The notes below the pieces were generated by a model. It saw only the letters and a program-made list of their open reading frames with translations, had not been told where the DNA came from and did not search any database. A DNA stretch of 47,709 nt from an uncultured Erysipelotrichaceae bacterium (GTDB lineage: Bacteria > Bacillota_I > Bacilli_A > RFN20 > CAG-826), in assembly GCA_947303755.1 (NCBI GenBank), contig CAMYZF010000001.1, forward strand, positions 1 through 47,709, written 5' to 3'. The translations under genes were made by a program, and so were the position numbers. This document shows, piece by piece, positions 26,066-34,715 of this stretch; position 1 is the stretch's first letter; each line of letters begins with the position of its first letter.

Positions 26066-26974
26066 TTAATTATTAACTTGTTCTTCCTTTTGAAGGGCAA
26101 GTTTTTTATTTACCGCAATGAGAATTTCATTAGCGATTAAAGTAAATCCTAAGGTTAAAATGCCACCCATTGAGACATCACTTAAGAAGTGTGCGCCCAC
26201 TAAAATTCGAGTGAACGAAACGAATAAAACCCACGCAAATCCCGAATAGAATAGGATTAAAGAGAGCTTTTCATATTTCTTATCAAGTAGTGGTAAGAAG
26301 GCAGCGCAGAGCATGAAGACTGCACTAGCACCAGCGTGTCCACTTGGGAAGGATTTGAATTCCTCTTTACTAACACCATAAGTGGCCATTAAGTCTTTAT
26401 AGTTAGAGCATCTTTGCCACCAAGAATGATATTCAATACCTTCATATAAGGATAAGGTTCTATATCTTGGACGGTGGAAGATTCCTTTTAATAAAGTGAC
26501 TCCTGGAACAAGTGACATAAAGATGAAGAAAGCGATGATCGCTAAAATGAGCCATAAGTATGGAGTTTTGCTATTTTTAATTAAATAGATTCCTAAGAAT
26601 CCACATCCAACAGCGAATGGAAGGGCGATTAAATAACCAACCCATACAAGTTTTTCGTTGTAAAAACCGTTTTCACCAAAGAATTCTCTTCCAGAGAAAT
26701 ATATCGCACAGACAAAACATGCTGCTGCCACGATATAAAGAATTACTCGGTAAATAGTTTTGTATTTGTTGAATGCTAAAGCAACGAAACCGCCACCGAT
26801 AACAGCAAGCATCATATAACCTGGTAAGGTACCGATTGTAGACATAAAGATTCCGAAGCCATTTCCTCTAGAGAAAACTGCTTCCATTAAAGCTTTATCA
26901 ACAAACGAGCCAACGATGAAGCCGATGATAAATACACCGAGAGCGATGTAGATATGTAAACGCATCTTTTTCAT
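26066..26974 (-). CDS. PAP2-family membrane phosphatase
   Basis: RBS GGAGGC. Motifs SFPSGHAGAS and SRILVGAHFLSDV. Confidence 0.85.
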   Translation of the reverse strand: MKKMRLHIYIALGVFIIGFIVGSFVDKALMEAVFSRGNGFGIFMSTIGTLPGYMMLAVIGGGFVALAFNKYKTIYRVILYIVAAACFVCAIYFSGREFFGENGFYNEKLVWVGYLIALPFAVGCGFLGIYLIKNSKTPYLWLILAIIAFFIFMSLVPGVTLLKGIFHRPRYRTLSLYEGIEYHSWWQRCSNYKDLMATYGVSKEEFKSFPSGHAGASAVFMLCAAFLPLLDKKYEKLSLILFYSGFAWVLFVSFTRILVGAHFLSDVSMGGILTLGFTLIANEILIAVNKKLALQKEEQVNN

Positions 26975-27037
26975 AAAATAGCCTCCGAGTAAATAATACC
27001 ATTTTTCGAATATAACTTTAAAATTAATTTTAAGTGG

Positions 27038-27046
27038 TGCTATACT
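27038..27046 (+). promoter_or_regulatory. Extended -10 promoter element of the yhhQ unit
   Basis: TGCTATACT. Confidence 0.45.
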
Positions 27047-27053
27047 TTGTTTA

Positions 27054-27112
27054 GCGGAGTTCGGCCTCTAAATCCTTCGCTTAATAAAATAAAACCAAGG
27101 AGAAATTTTTTA
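27054..27112 (+). promoter_or_regulatory. Structured 5' leader, possible divergent preQ1-I-like riboswitch
   Basis: 6-bp helix GCGGAG/CTTCGC. The loop starts TTC and ends C. An A-rich tail TTAATAAAATAAAACC runs into the SD AAGGAG. CCTT of the helix could alternatively pair with the SD. Confidence 0.3.
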
Positions 27113-27868
27113 ATGAAGAGTATATTTTTAAAGGCAAAAAAAACCTTTAAAGAAAGCGTAATTTTACTTAGAGCTATACCCGCTCCAGTAGTGGCGCTTT
27201 TTGTCATCAGCGTTATCGCGATGAATATTTTAGCGAATAAAACTATCTATCAATCCACTTATCTAGCGATCGATGGAGGTATTTTAATTTCGTGGTTATC
27301 CTTCTTATCGATGGATATTGTTACCAAACACTTTGGACCAAGAGCTTCGACAAGAATGTCGATTTTTGCTGTACTTGTTAATATGCTTACTTGCTTTATC
27401 TTCTGGATTGTTTCGCTTATTCCTACGGTAGAAGATTATTCCGCGTTTAACACCATTATTGGTGGAACATGGTTCATTTTATTGTCTTCGACAATTGCCT
27501 TTATTTGCTCTGCTATTTTAAATAACGTTTTAAATTATTTAACTGGAAAGTTATTTAAGAAAAATCCTGATGGCAAATTAGCCTTCGTGGTGCGTTGTTA
27601 TGTCTCAACCTTTGTTGGTCAATTCTTTGATAATTTAATATTTGCAATTCTTTGCTTTACTATTTTCGCTCCTATTTTCTGGGATGGTTTCCATTGGACA
27701 TTTATTCAATGCGTCACCTGCTCACTTATTGGTGCGGGCTTAGAATTATTACTTGAAGTTATCTTCTCTCCATTTGGCTATATGGTTACCAAACGTTGGA
27801 AAAAAGATAATGTTGGACAACAATATTTTGATTATGTGGAGGCTAGTAGAAATGAAAGTGCTAATTAG
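27113..27868 (+). CDS. yhhQ: YhhQ/VUT (DUF165) family queuosine-precursor transporter
   Basis: ATG at 27113 after AAGGAG. Polytopic membrane protein; the motifs AIDGG, SFLSMDIVTKHFG and FVGQFFDNLIF are typical of the family. Confidence 0.75.
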   Translation: MKSIFLKAKKTFKESVILLRAIPAPVVALFVISVIAMNILANKTIYQSTYLAIDGGILISWLSFLSMDIVTKHFGPRASTRMSIFAVLVNMLTCFIFWIVSLIPTVEDYSAFNTIIGGTWFILLSSTIAFICSAILNNVLNYLTGKLFKKNPDGKLAFVVRCYVSTFVGQFFDNLIFAILCFTIFAPIFWDGFHWTFIQCVTCSLIGAGLELLLEVIFSPFGYMVTKRWKKDNVGQQYFDYVEASRNESAN

Positions 27869-28505
27869 TGGAACCTCAAAAGGTATTGGAAAAGCTATCG
27901 CTAAATACTTTCTTAAACAAGGTCATGAAGTATATGGTTTAGATGTTTTAAAAGCGTCGATCAAAAACGATAAATACCATCACCATGTTTGTGATATTTC
28001 TAAAGATAAGCTACCTGATATCAAAGATATCAATATTCTTATCAATAATGCTGGCGTTCAAAACTCTAATGATATCGATGTCAATTTAAAAGGCACGATT
28101 AGAGTTACAAAAAAATATGCTTATCAACAAAATATTAAATCCGTTTTGTTTAACGCATCCGCCTCTGCAAGAAGCGGTTTTGAATTCCCAGAATATGTTG
28201 CTTCAAAAGCAGGTGTTGTTGGTTATATGAAAACTGTCGCGGTTGATCTTGCTAAATATGGGGCAACTGTTAATTCGATCTCCCTAGGAGGAGTAATAAC
28301 CGAATCAAATAAACCTGTTATGGAAGATAAAAAATGCTGGGATGAAATCATGAAAGTCACTCCACTTAAAAAATGGGCTTCATTAGAAGAAGTTTGTGAT
28401 TGGATCTATTTCTTAACAGTCACTAATAAATCTATGACTGGACAAGATGTTTTAGTAGATAATGGAGAATTAAATTTAAATAACACTTTCGTGTGGCCTA
28501 AATAA
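27852..28505 (+). CDS. Short-chain dehydrogenase/reductase (SDR)
   Basis: ATG at 27852 after GGAGG, overlapping the yhhQ 3' end by 17 nt. Motifs GTSKGIGKAIA, NNAG and YVASKAG. Confidence 0.85.
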   Translation: MKVLISGTSKGIGKAIAKYFLKQGHEVYGLDVLKASIKNDKYHHHVCDISKDKLPDIKDINILINNAGVQNSNDIDVNLKGTIRVTKKYAYQQNIKSVLFNASASARSGFEFPEYVASKAGVVGYMKTVAVDLAKYGATVNSISLGGVITESNKPVMEDKKCWDEIMKVTPLKKWASLEEVCDWIYFLTVTNKSMTGQDVLVDNGELNLNNTFVWPK

Positions 28506-28507
28506 GT

Positions 28508-29371
28508 ATGAGCGGTGAACAAATAAGCGAAATTATCTTTGATGCTTTAAAAGATTCGTTATTGATCTTTATTTTCGTTTTCCTTGTTCATCTTATCCTC
28601 TCTTATTACGAGAACAGTTTATCTAACTTCCTAGTTTCTAAAAGAAAAAGCGGTCCGATCTTTGGATCACTATTTGGTTTAATTCCTCAATGTGGGACAA
28701 GTGTTATTGGTGCAGACTTATATATCAAAAGATATATTTCCTTAGGAGTTTTAACTTCTATCTTTTTATCTTGTAGCGACGAAGCATTCATTGTCATTCT
28801 TTCAAGCGGTAGTGCGAAAACATTTATGATTCTTCCACTTATTGGAATCAAGTTTGTAGTTGGCTTCGTCGTAGGATACGTTATTGATTTAATCTATAGA
28901 AAACAACACGTCGAAAAAGTTGAACATGAATTAGAGCATCATACTTGCCACGTTCACGATAAAGAAAATACCGAATTACATCAACATTTAATTCACCCCC
29001 TTCTACATTCGGCGGAAATATTCTTATATGTTTTAGTGATCAATATCGCTTTAGGTTTATTAATCGGTTTTGTTGGTGAAGATACTTTCGCTAATTTCTT
29101 AACTACAAATAAATATTTAACACCATTATTCGCTTGTATTATTGGATTGATTCCTAACTGCGCTAGTTCGATATTATTAAGCGAATTATTCTTATCCTCT
29201 AGTTTATCCTTTGGAGCGTTAGTGGGTGGTTTACTCGTAAACTCTGGACTAGGAATGCTTGTGTTAATAAAAAATAGACGATCCTGGAAAAACGTTTTAC
29301 TCGTTTTAGGAATCTGTCTATTCGTATCTATTTTAACAAGTTATATTGTTTGTTTAGTTAACGGCTTTTAA
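28508..29371 (+). CDS. ArsP_2 (PF11449, DUF2899) family putative 10-TM metal transporter
   Basis: Paired motifs LIPQCGTS and LIPNCASS. His-rich central loop HELEHHTCHVHDKENTELHQH. Confidence 0.55.
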   Translation: MSGEQISEIIFDALKDSLLIFIFVFLVHLILSYYENSLSNFLVSKRKSGPIFGSLFGLIPQCGTSVIGADLYIKRYISLGVLTSIFLSCSDEAFIVILSSGSAKTFMILPLIGIKFVVGFVVGYVIDLIYRKQHVEKVEHELEHHTCHVHDKENTELHQHLIHPLLHSAEIFLYVLVINIALGLLIGFVGEDTFANFLTTNKYLTPLFACIIGLIPNCASSILLSELFLSSSLSFGALVGGLLVNSGLGMLVLIKNRRSWKNVLLVLGICLFVSILTSYIVCLVNGF

Positions 29372-30471
29372 TCAGCAAAGTCTGTATCTTGAATAATATA
29401 GAAATTGTACTTCGGATATTTTTCGATTAATTCAAAACGAAGATTTTTAATTAGCTCTTCTGGGTTTTTGCAATCAAAGTCGATAACCAAGTCAAAGGTA
29501 ATTAAATTAATATCATCATCAACATAAAATCCGTGCAATTGGCGGATATTCTTATCATTTTTGATTCTTTCTAAAATATATTTTTTGATGTTTCTGATCT
29601 CATCATTTGCCTCATTTTTAGCATAGATTCCAATAGTGATAATCGTGCCAGTTTCTTCATAAACTTTCGCGGTGATTTTTCTTGTTAAGTGGTGGATGTC
29701 TCTAGCGGATAAACTATCATCAACTTCAATATGGACTGAGGCGATGATTTTGTTGGTGCCATAATTATTGACGATTAAGTCATAGGCTCCATAAACCCCA
29801 TCAAAAGAACAAACGATCTTTTTAATTTTTGCGACATATTCGTTATCCGCTCTTTCACCAACGATAAGAGAAATACCATGTGTGAAGACTTCGATACCAG
29901 TTTTAATAATGAAGCAACCGATTAAAATACCGATCCAACCTTCAATATTGAAGCTCCACACCAAAGTGGTGATGATACCGATGATTGTCGCGGTGGAAAG
30001 CAAAACATCAAACAAAGCGTCTTTTCCAGAAGCTTTTAATAAATCGGAATTAGTTTTCTTTCCAACAAGTTGGAAATATAAACCTAAACCAACCTTACCA
30101 GCCACAGCGATGGAGATGATGATTAAAGAAATATAATCATAAGATGCGACACGATTTTCAATGATTGTAATAATCGATTCATAAATCGCAATTCCACCAA
30201 CAGCCGCGATGATAATGCCCATGATTAGGCTTGTAACATATTCGATACGTCCATGCCCATATGGGTGTTTTCTATCTGGTTTTCTTGTGGACAATTTAGT
30301 ACCGATAATTGTGATCAAACTTGTTAATGCATCAGTTAAGTTATTGATAGCATCAGTGATAATTGAGATAGAATTGGCGATAAAACCAATAATTGCTTTT
30401 GCGACAACGAGTAAAACGTTACCAAGAATTCCGATAAAGCTTGTTTGGATAATTTTCTTTTCTCTATTCAT
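29368..30471 (-). CDS. Cation diffusion facilitator (CDF) family transporter
   Basis: ATG at 30471 (MNREKKIIQ). HPYGHGRIEY motif, 6 TM helices and a C-terminal cytoplasmic domain. Confidence 0.85.
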   Translation of the reverse strand: MNREKKIIQTSFIGILGNVLLVVAKAIIGFIANSISIITDAINNLTDALTSLITIIGTKLSTRKPDRKHPYGHGRIEYVTSLIMGIIIAAVGGIAIYESIITIIENRVASYDYISLIIISIAVAGKVGLGLYFQLVGKKTNSDLLKASGKDALFDVLLSTATIIGIITTLVWSFNIEGWIGILIGCFIIKTGIEVFTHGISLIVGERADNEYVAKIKKIVCSFDGVYGAYDLIVNNYGTNKIIASVHIEVDDSLSARDIHHLTRKITAKVYEETGTIITIGIYAKNEANDEIRNIKKYILERIKNDKNIRQLHGFYVDDDINLITFDLVIDFDCKNPEELIKNLRFELIEKYPKYNFYIIQDTDFAD

Positions 30472-30472
30472 T

Positions 30473-31009
30473 TTAGAACCTATCATCAATGGCATGAGCT
30501 GCCTTAAAGGCAAGAACGTCATTTATAAGTGATGAGACAAACCCAACCACTAACATAATTGGAGCGTTGATGAAGAAGATAAGTAACATTTGTTTCCAAG
30601 ATAAAGGATCTTTTCCTTCTACTATTGGAAGAACAAATGAATTAATAACAGTTAATGTTGGTGAAATAATGATGAAGAATATCACCGATGAGATGAGAGT
30701 TGCTAATAAGCGATATTTCATATTGTTTGTATAAGTTTGGTTTGGAACACCAAATAAACCAGCAAACCATCTTCCGATAGCGGTTAGTGGAACAAAGTTT
30801 GAAATCACAAGTGATAATAAAAGAGCAATAACAAAGTTAAATAGCATATTCATCCAGTCGATTGTGGCGAATGAAATAGTCATAACGCCTGCTTCTAAGT
30901 CTGTTTGCGCACTGATAGCAGAGGCTAAACACAAAAAGAATGAGACAGGAATGTCACAGATCAAGCTATAGACGAATAATGAAAGTCTGAATTTTGCTCT
31001 AGAACTCAT
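30473..31009 (-). CDS. Hypothetical membrane protein
   Basis: The track ORF starts at a TTG at 31015; the first ATG is 31009. About 5 TM helices. Its stop lies 1 nt from the CDF start. Confidence 0.55.
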   Translation of the reverse strand: MSSRAKFRLSLFVYSLICDIPVSFFLCLASAISAQTDLEAGVMTISFATIDWMNMLFNFVIALLLSLVISNFVPLTAIGRWFAGLFGVPNQTYTNNMKYRLLATLISSVIFFIIISPTLTVINSFVLPIVEGKDPLSWKQMLLIFFINAPIMLVVGFVSSLINDVLAFKAAHAIDDRF

Positions 31010-31048
31010 ACGCAAATATTATAAATACCTAATTTTTGTTTGCAACAA

Positions 31049-32170
31049 CTAGTTTGTTGCACGTATTGCAGAGCCAAAAGCCCAAGTTAGGTTATAGCCT
31101 CCACAAGGTCCATCTATATCAAGAAGTTCACCAAGAAGGTAAATATTCCTTTCTTTTACTGATTCTAGACGGGCATCTACCATCGATAAATCTACGCCAC
31201 CAACACTTACTTGAGCGAACTCAAATCCATAAGCTTCTTTAAAGGTGAATTCGAGGTGTTTGACTGCTCTAAAAATCTCTTCGTTTGTCGAGAATCTTTC
31301 CTTCAAGTATTTGATGATGGTTGGATGTAAAAAAGCCTGCAAAAATCCGTCAAACGAATGAATTTGCCAATATTTTTCAAGTTCGGTTTCACTGTATTCT
31401 GGAAGCAAATCTAAGACAAATTTATTAGCCTTATTTTGACTTCTTGCAATCAATGCAGAAACATTAAAAATCACTATTCCAGAAAGGCCATTTTTCTTGA
31501 ATAAAACTTCGCCTTTTTCTTTGTGAATTAGATTGCTATTTTGATATAAGGAAACTTCACTTTTGATTCTGGTGCCATCGAGTAGTTTTGTATTCTCTTT
31601 TGTGACAATTGGGCATAGTCCAGGAAGTGGTTCCTTGATTTTGTATCCATGATTCCTAAGGATTGATAAAACCGATCCATCACTTCCCAAATTCTTCGTG
31701 GAACAAAGCGAACCCGCTAAATAGAGTTTCTCAACAACATATTTATCTTTGTCAGTTATAACTTCAATGCAGTTATTAACTCTCTTGTAGTCTAAAAGCT
31801 TTTCACTGCAATTGATTTTGATTCCTAATCTTTCTGCTTCTCCAATCAAAGCATTTCTAACTGAAACAGCAGTTTCACTTACAGGGTAAACTAGTTCTCC
31901 CATAGCCTTTGTCTTAACTGATACTGAATCAAAGAAAGATACATAATCATATTCTACAAGAATATCTTTGACAAATTCTGGATGAGAATATTTATTTAAA
32001 TCAAGCTTTGTATTAGCGAGGTTACATTTACCGTTTCCGGTCGCTAAAAGTTTCTTTAGTGGAGCGTCTAAATGTTCAATGATTAAAACATCATCTTTCT
32101 GATGATTTCTTTTATAAGATATCGCTCCGACAATTCCCGAAGCACCTGCTCCAACAAAAAGAACTTTCAT
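31049..32170 (-). CDS. HI0933-like (BaiN/RdsA-type) NAD(P)/FAD-dependent oxidoreductase
   Basis: N-terminus VLFVGAGASG. C-terminus GELLDIDGPCGGYNLTWAFGSA is typical of the family. Confidence 0.8.
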   Translation of the reverse strand: MKVLFVGAGASGIVGAISYKRNHQKDDVLIIEHLDAPLKKLLATGNGKCNLANTKLDLNKYSHPEFVKDILVEYDYVSFFDSVSVKTKAMGELVYPVSETAVSVRNALIGEAERLGIKINCSEKLLDYKRVNNCIEVITDKDKYVVEKLYLAGSLCSTKNLGSDGSVLSILRNHGYKIKEPLPGLCPIVTKENTKLLDGTRIKSEVSLYQNSNLIHKEKGEVLFKKNGLSGIVIFNVSALIARSQNKANKFVLDLLPEYSETELEKYWQIHSFDGFLQAFLHPTIIKYLKERFSTNEEIFRAVKHLEFTFKEAYGFEFAQVSVGGVDLSMVDARLESVKERNIYLLGELLDIDGPCGGYNLTWAFGSAIRATN

Positions 32171-32203
32171 ATGAACAATTTTACCATAAATATTTATTTA
32201 TAA

Positions 32204-32211
32204 TGTATAAT
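32204..32211 (+). promoter_or_regulatory. Extended -10 element upstream of tRNA-Arg
   Basis: TGTATAAT ending 8 nt before the tRNA. Confidence 0.4.
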
Positions 32212-32219
32212 AATTCCAC

Positions 32220-32296
32220 GCCCCAATAGCGCAACTGGATAGAGTACTAGACTTCGAATCTAGGGGTTGAGGGTTCGATTCCTTCTTGGGGCGCCA
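32220..32296 (+). tRNA. tRNA-Arg (anticodon TCG), CCA end encoded
   Basis: Acceptor GCCCCAA/TTGGGGC, anticodon arm CTAGA-CTTCGAA-TCTAG, T arm GAGGG-TTCGATT-CCTTC. Confidence 0.95.
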
Positions 32297-32301
32297 TTTA
32301 T

Positions 32302-32961
32302 ATGAAATATAAAGCTTTAATTTTTGATTTAGATGGAACATTACTTGATACCTTAAGAGGTATTACCGATGCGGTAAACGCAACTTTTAAAGAACTTGGT
32401 TATAACGTTCAACACGATTATGTGACTGCTAGAAACTTTATTGGTGCAGGTGCATATAACTTTGTTAAACGCGCTTGTAAGGGTATGGATATCACCGAAG
32501 AAGAAGGAGCGTTAATTGGCAAAACCTTTTTAGGCTATTACGATAAACTTCAAGGTCCAAACACAACCTTGTTCCCTGGTATTAGAGAATTATTAGACGA
32601 TTTAAAAAAAGTCGGATATCTTATCTGTCTAGCGTCTAATAAACCACAAATCCTATTGGAACATGTTATCGATGATAAATTTCCAGGTTTTGAATTCGAT
32701 GTTAGATTAGGTCAAAGAAAAGGAATTCCTTGTAAACCTAATCCATACGTTGTTAGAGAAATAGAAGAAAAATTCAAACTTCTTCCAAGTGAATGTCTTT
32801 ATATTGGTGATTCAGAATATGATTATCAAACTGCACATAACGCAAAGATCGATTGTTGCATTGTTAAATATGGTTATGGTTTCTATGACCAAGACTTTGT
32901 AAAAAAATCCACATACAATGTGGACTCTGTAAAAGATTTAAGAAAGTTGCTGCTAAGTTAG
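32302..32961 (+). CDS. gph: HAD-superfamily phosphatase (phosphoglycolate phosphatase-like)
   Basis: Motif I FDLDGTLLDT, motif II ASNK, motif IV GDSEYD. Confidence 0.75.
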   Translation: MKYKALIFDLDGTLLDTLRGITDAVNATFKELGYNVQHDYVTARNFIGAGAYNFVKRACKGMDITEEEGALIGKTFLGYYDKLQGPNTTLFPGIRELLDDLKKVGYLICLASNKPQILLEHVIDDKFPGFEFDVRLGQRKGIPCKPNPYVVREIEEKFKLLPSECLYIGDSEYDYQTAHNAKIDCCIVKYGYGFYDQDFVKKSTYNVDSVKDLRKLLLS

Positions 32962-32974
32962 GCAGCATCTTTTT
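32948..32974 (+). terminator. Terminator hairpin spanning the overlapping convergent stop codons
   Basis: TGCTGC-N8-GCAGCA followed by TCTTTTT. Confidence 0.45.
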
Positions 32975-34244
32975 GTATTTCGCCAGCTTTATATAGCGCA
33001 ATTTTGGTGATGAGTGGTCCAACAAGTTCGTAGACGATTGTCGCGGTGAGAATGACCGCTAAAATGATGGAACTTTCTTTTTCATAACCAGCACCTGCTA
33101 AGGTTTGACTTGCGGTGGTGGCTAAACCAATTGCTACACCAGCTTGAGGGAATAATGTGAAACCTAAATATTTTTGAACTGTCGGTTCAGATTTGGTGAT
33201 TTTTGAAGAGATGAACGCTCCTGAATATTTTCCAAGACTTCGCATTAAGATATAAACTAAAGCGATGATGATAACTAACAGAGCATCTTTAGATGCGAAG
33301 ATAGTGATATCTAGATTCGCTCCAGAAATAACAAAGAAAAGCATATATAAAGGTGGAGTGAATTGATCGATTCTTTCAATTGTCCTTTGAGCATCTTTTC
33401 TAGCGTTAATGAAAAACGCGCCAATCATCATGCAAGCAAGAAGTGATGAGAAGGAGAAATCTTCTCCAAATAATTTCCAACCTAATTGATTCGCTAAAAT
33501 GGATAAACCAACAACTACAAGGATTGAGGCGATAACCATAATCATTCTATTGGCTCTAGATTTAAAAAATCTGCAACCTAAGGAAATGAGGAAGCCAAGC
33601 AAAGCGCCTAAGGCTAAGGAGGCAATGATTTCAATTAGTGGAACAACGATAACTCCTACAAAAGATAATGATGTGGCACTAACTAAACTTTTGGAAATTG
33701 AAAATAACACTGAGAACGCAATTAAAGCGACAGCATCGTCAAAGGCAACAACTGGAATTAAGGTATCAACAACTGGGCCATGAGCCTTGTATTGTTTGAT
33801 GACCATGAGGGTTGCTGCAGGAGCGGTTGCACAGGCTATCGCGCCTAAAGTCAATATTACCGCTATTGGTAAAGTATCTTTTAAAAAGATATAAGCAATG
33901 AATAAGCCGCCGATTGTGATTAATGCTCCACCAAGAGCTTCAAAGACAGTGATGATGACAATTCTTTTACCGACTGCTTTAAGTGAAGATGTTTTAAATG
34001 AACAACCAATTGTAAAGGCAATGAAGCCTAAAGCAATATCGCTTATCCAACTAATTGCTTGAATACTGGTGCCTGATAATGGATCATTTGACCAGCCACC
34101 AATATATTTACCTAAAACAAATGGGCCAAAAATAATTCCAGATATCAAATATCCAGTGACATTTGGTAGTCTAAGTAACTTCATTAATCTAGAAGAAAGT
34201 AGACCAGCTAAAAGTGCTAAAGCGATGCACAAAATTTGATTCAT
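32958..34244 (-). CDS. CPA2-type cation:proton antiporter (Na_H_Exchanger fold)
   Basis: 428 aa with about 12 TM helices. N-terminus LRLPNVTGYLISGIIFGPFVLG is typical of Kef/CPA2 transporters. No RCK domain. Confidence 0.8.
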   Translation of the reverse strand: MNQILCIALALLAGLLSSRLMKLLRLPNVTGYLISGIIFGPFVLGKYIGGWSNDPLSGTSIQAISWISDIALGFIAFTIGCSFKTSSLKAVGKRIVIITVFEALGGALITIGGLFIAYIFLKDTLPIAVILTLGAIACATAPAATLMVIKQYKAHGPVVDTLIPVVAFDDAVALIAFSVLFSISKSLVSATSLSFVGVIVVPLIEIIASLALGALLGFLISLGCRFFKSRANRMIMVIASILVVVGLSILANQLGWKLFGEDFSFSSLLACMMIGAFFINARKDAQRTIERIDQFTPPLYMLFFVISGANLDITIFASKDALLVIIIALVYILMRSLGKYSGAFISSKITKSEPTVQKYLGFTLFPQAGVAIGLATTASQTLAGAGYEKESSIILAVILTATIVYELVGPLITKIALYKAGEIQKDAA

Positions 34245-34248
34245 TTAT

Positions 34249-34581
34249 TTAGAAACTTCCTTCGTATGATTCAAGAGGTAATGCAAACATACCACCTTTG
34301 GTGGATGAAAATCCATTAGTAGCGGTTTTGATTTCTTTTTTAACCTCTTCTAATTCCTTGTCATCAAGAATGAAATAAATGGTTGTGTTTTGAACGAATT
34401 TATTTTCGTGATAATGTGCCAAAGAAAAGAAGGCAGGAACATCTTCGTTTTCATCTTGAAGAATGTGTTTTAAAGATGTTGAAGATAACACCGTTCCGTT
34501 ATATCCAAGTTCGGATAATCTATGGATTAAATCCGAGGTTTCTTTGGTGTTTTCTAATGTGGTAAATAGTAAATGTTTCAT
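34249..34581 (-). CDS. Small PII-like (DarA/PstA-like, DUF970-like) protein
   Basis: RBS GAGGT. 110 aa; beta-alpha-beta layout. The C-terminus KGGMFALPLESYEGSF resembles GGATVFV.PVD.FHQF of the cyclic-di-AMP receptor family. Lies 4 nt upstream of the antiporter. Confidence 0.4.
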   Translation of the reverse strand: MKHLLFTTLENTKETSDLIHRLSELGYNGTVLSSTSLKHILQDENEDVPAFFSLAHYHENKFVQNTTIYFILDDKELEEVKKEIKTATNGFSSTKGGMFALPLESYEGSF

Positions 34582-34654
34582 AATTAACCTCGTATCAATT
34601 ATACATAACTAGAACAATGTGGGAGTGAAAAATTAATATTTTTTCACATTATTA

Positions 34655-34683
34655 TTGATAATGATTATCGACATCAATACAAT
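34655..34683 (+). promoter_or_regulatory. Promoter of the ABC transporter gene
   Basis: TTGATA, 17-nt spacer, TACAAT. Confidence 0.5.
34656..34670. promoter_or_regulatory. Fur box (7-1-7 type)
   Basis: TGATAATGATTATCG matches TGATAATnATTATCA at 14 of 15 positions. It overlaps the -35 element and spacer of the promoter. Confidence 0.6.
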
Positions 34684-34715
34684 TAAAGCACTTAGAAAAC
34701 GAAAGGAGCAAACCT

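Noticed and set aside
27047-27112. N-terminal extensions given by the ORF track from TTG/other upstream starts (27047, 1304, 6249, 14501, 21300, 27753, 30522, 31015, 37944, 40276, 46477).
   Set aside because: In each case an internal ATG with a good SD, or a family-typical N-terminus, lies shortly downstream. The extensions cover terminators, leaders or the preceding gene.
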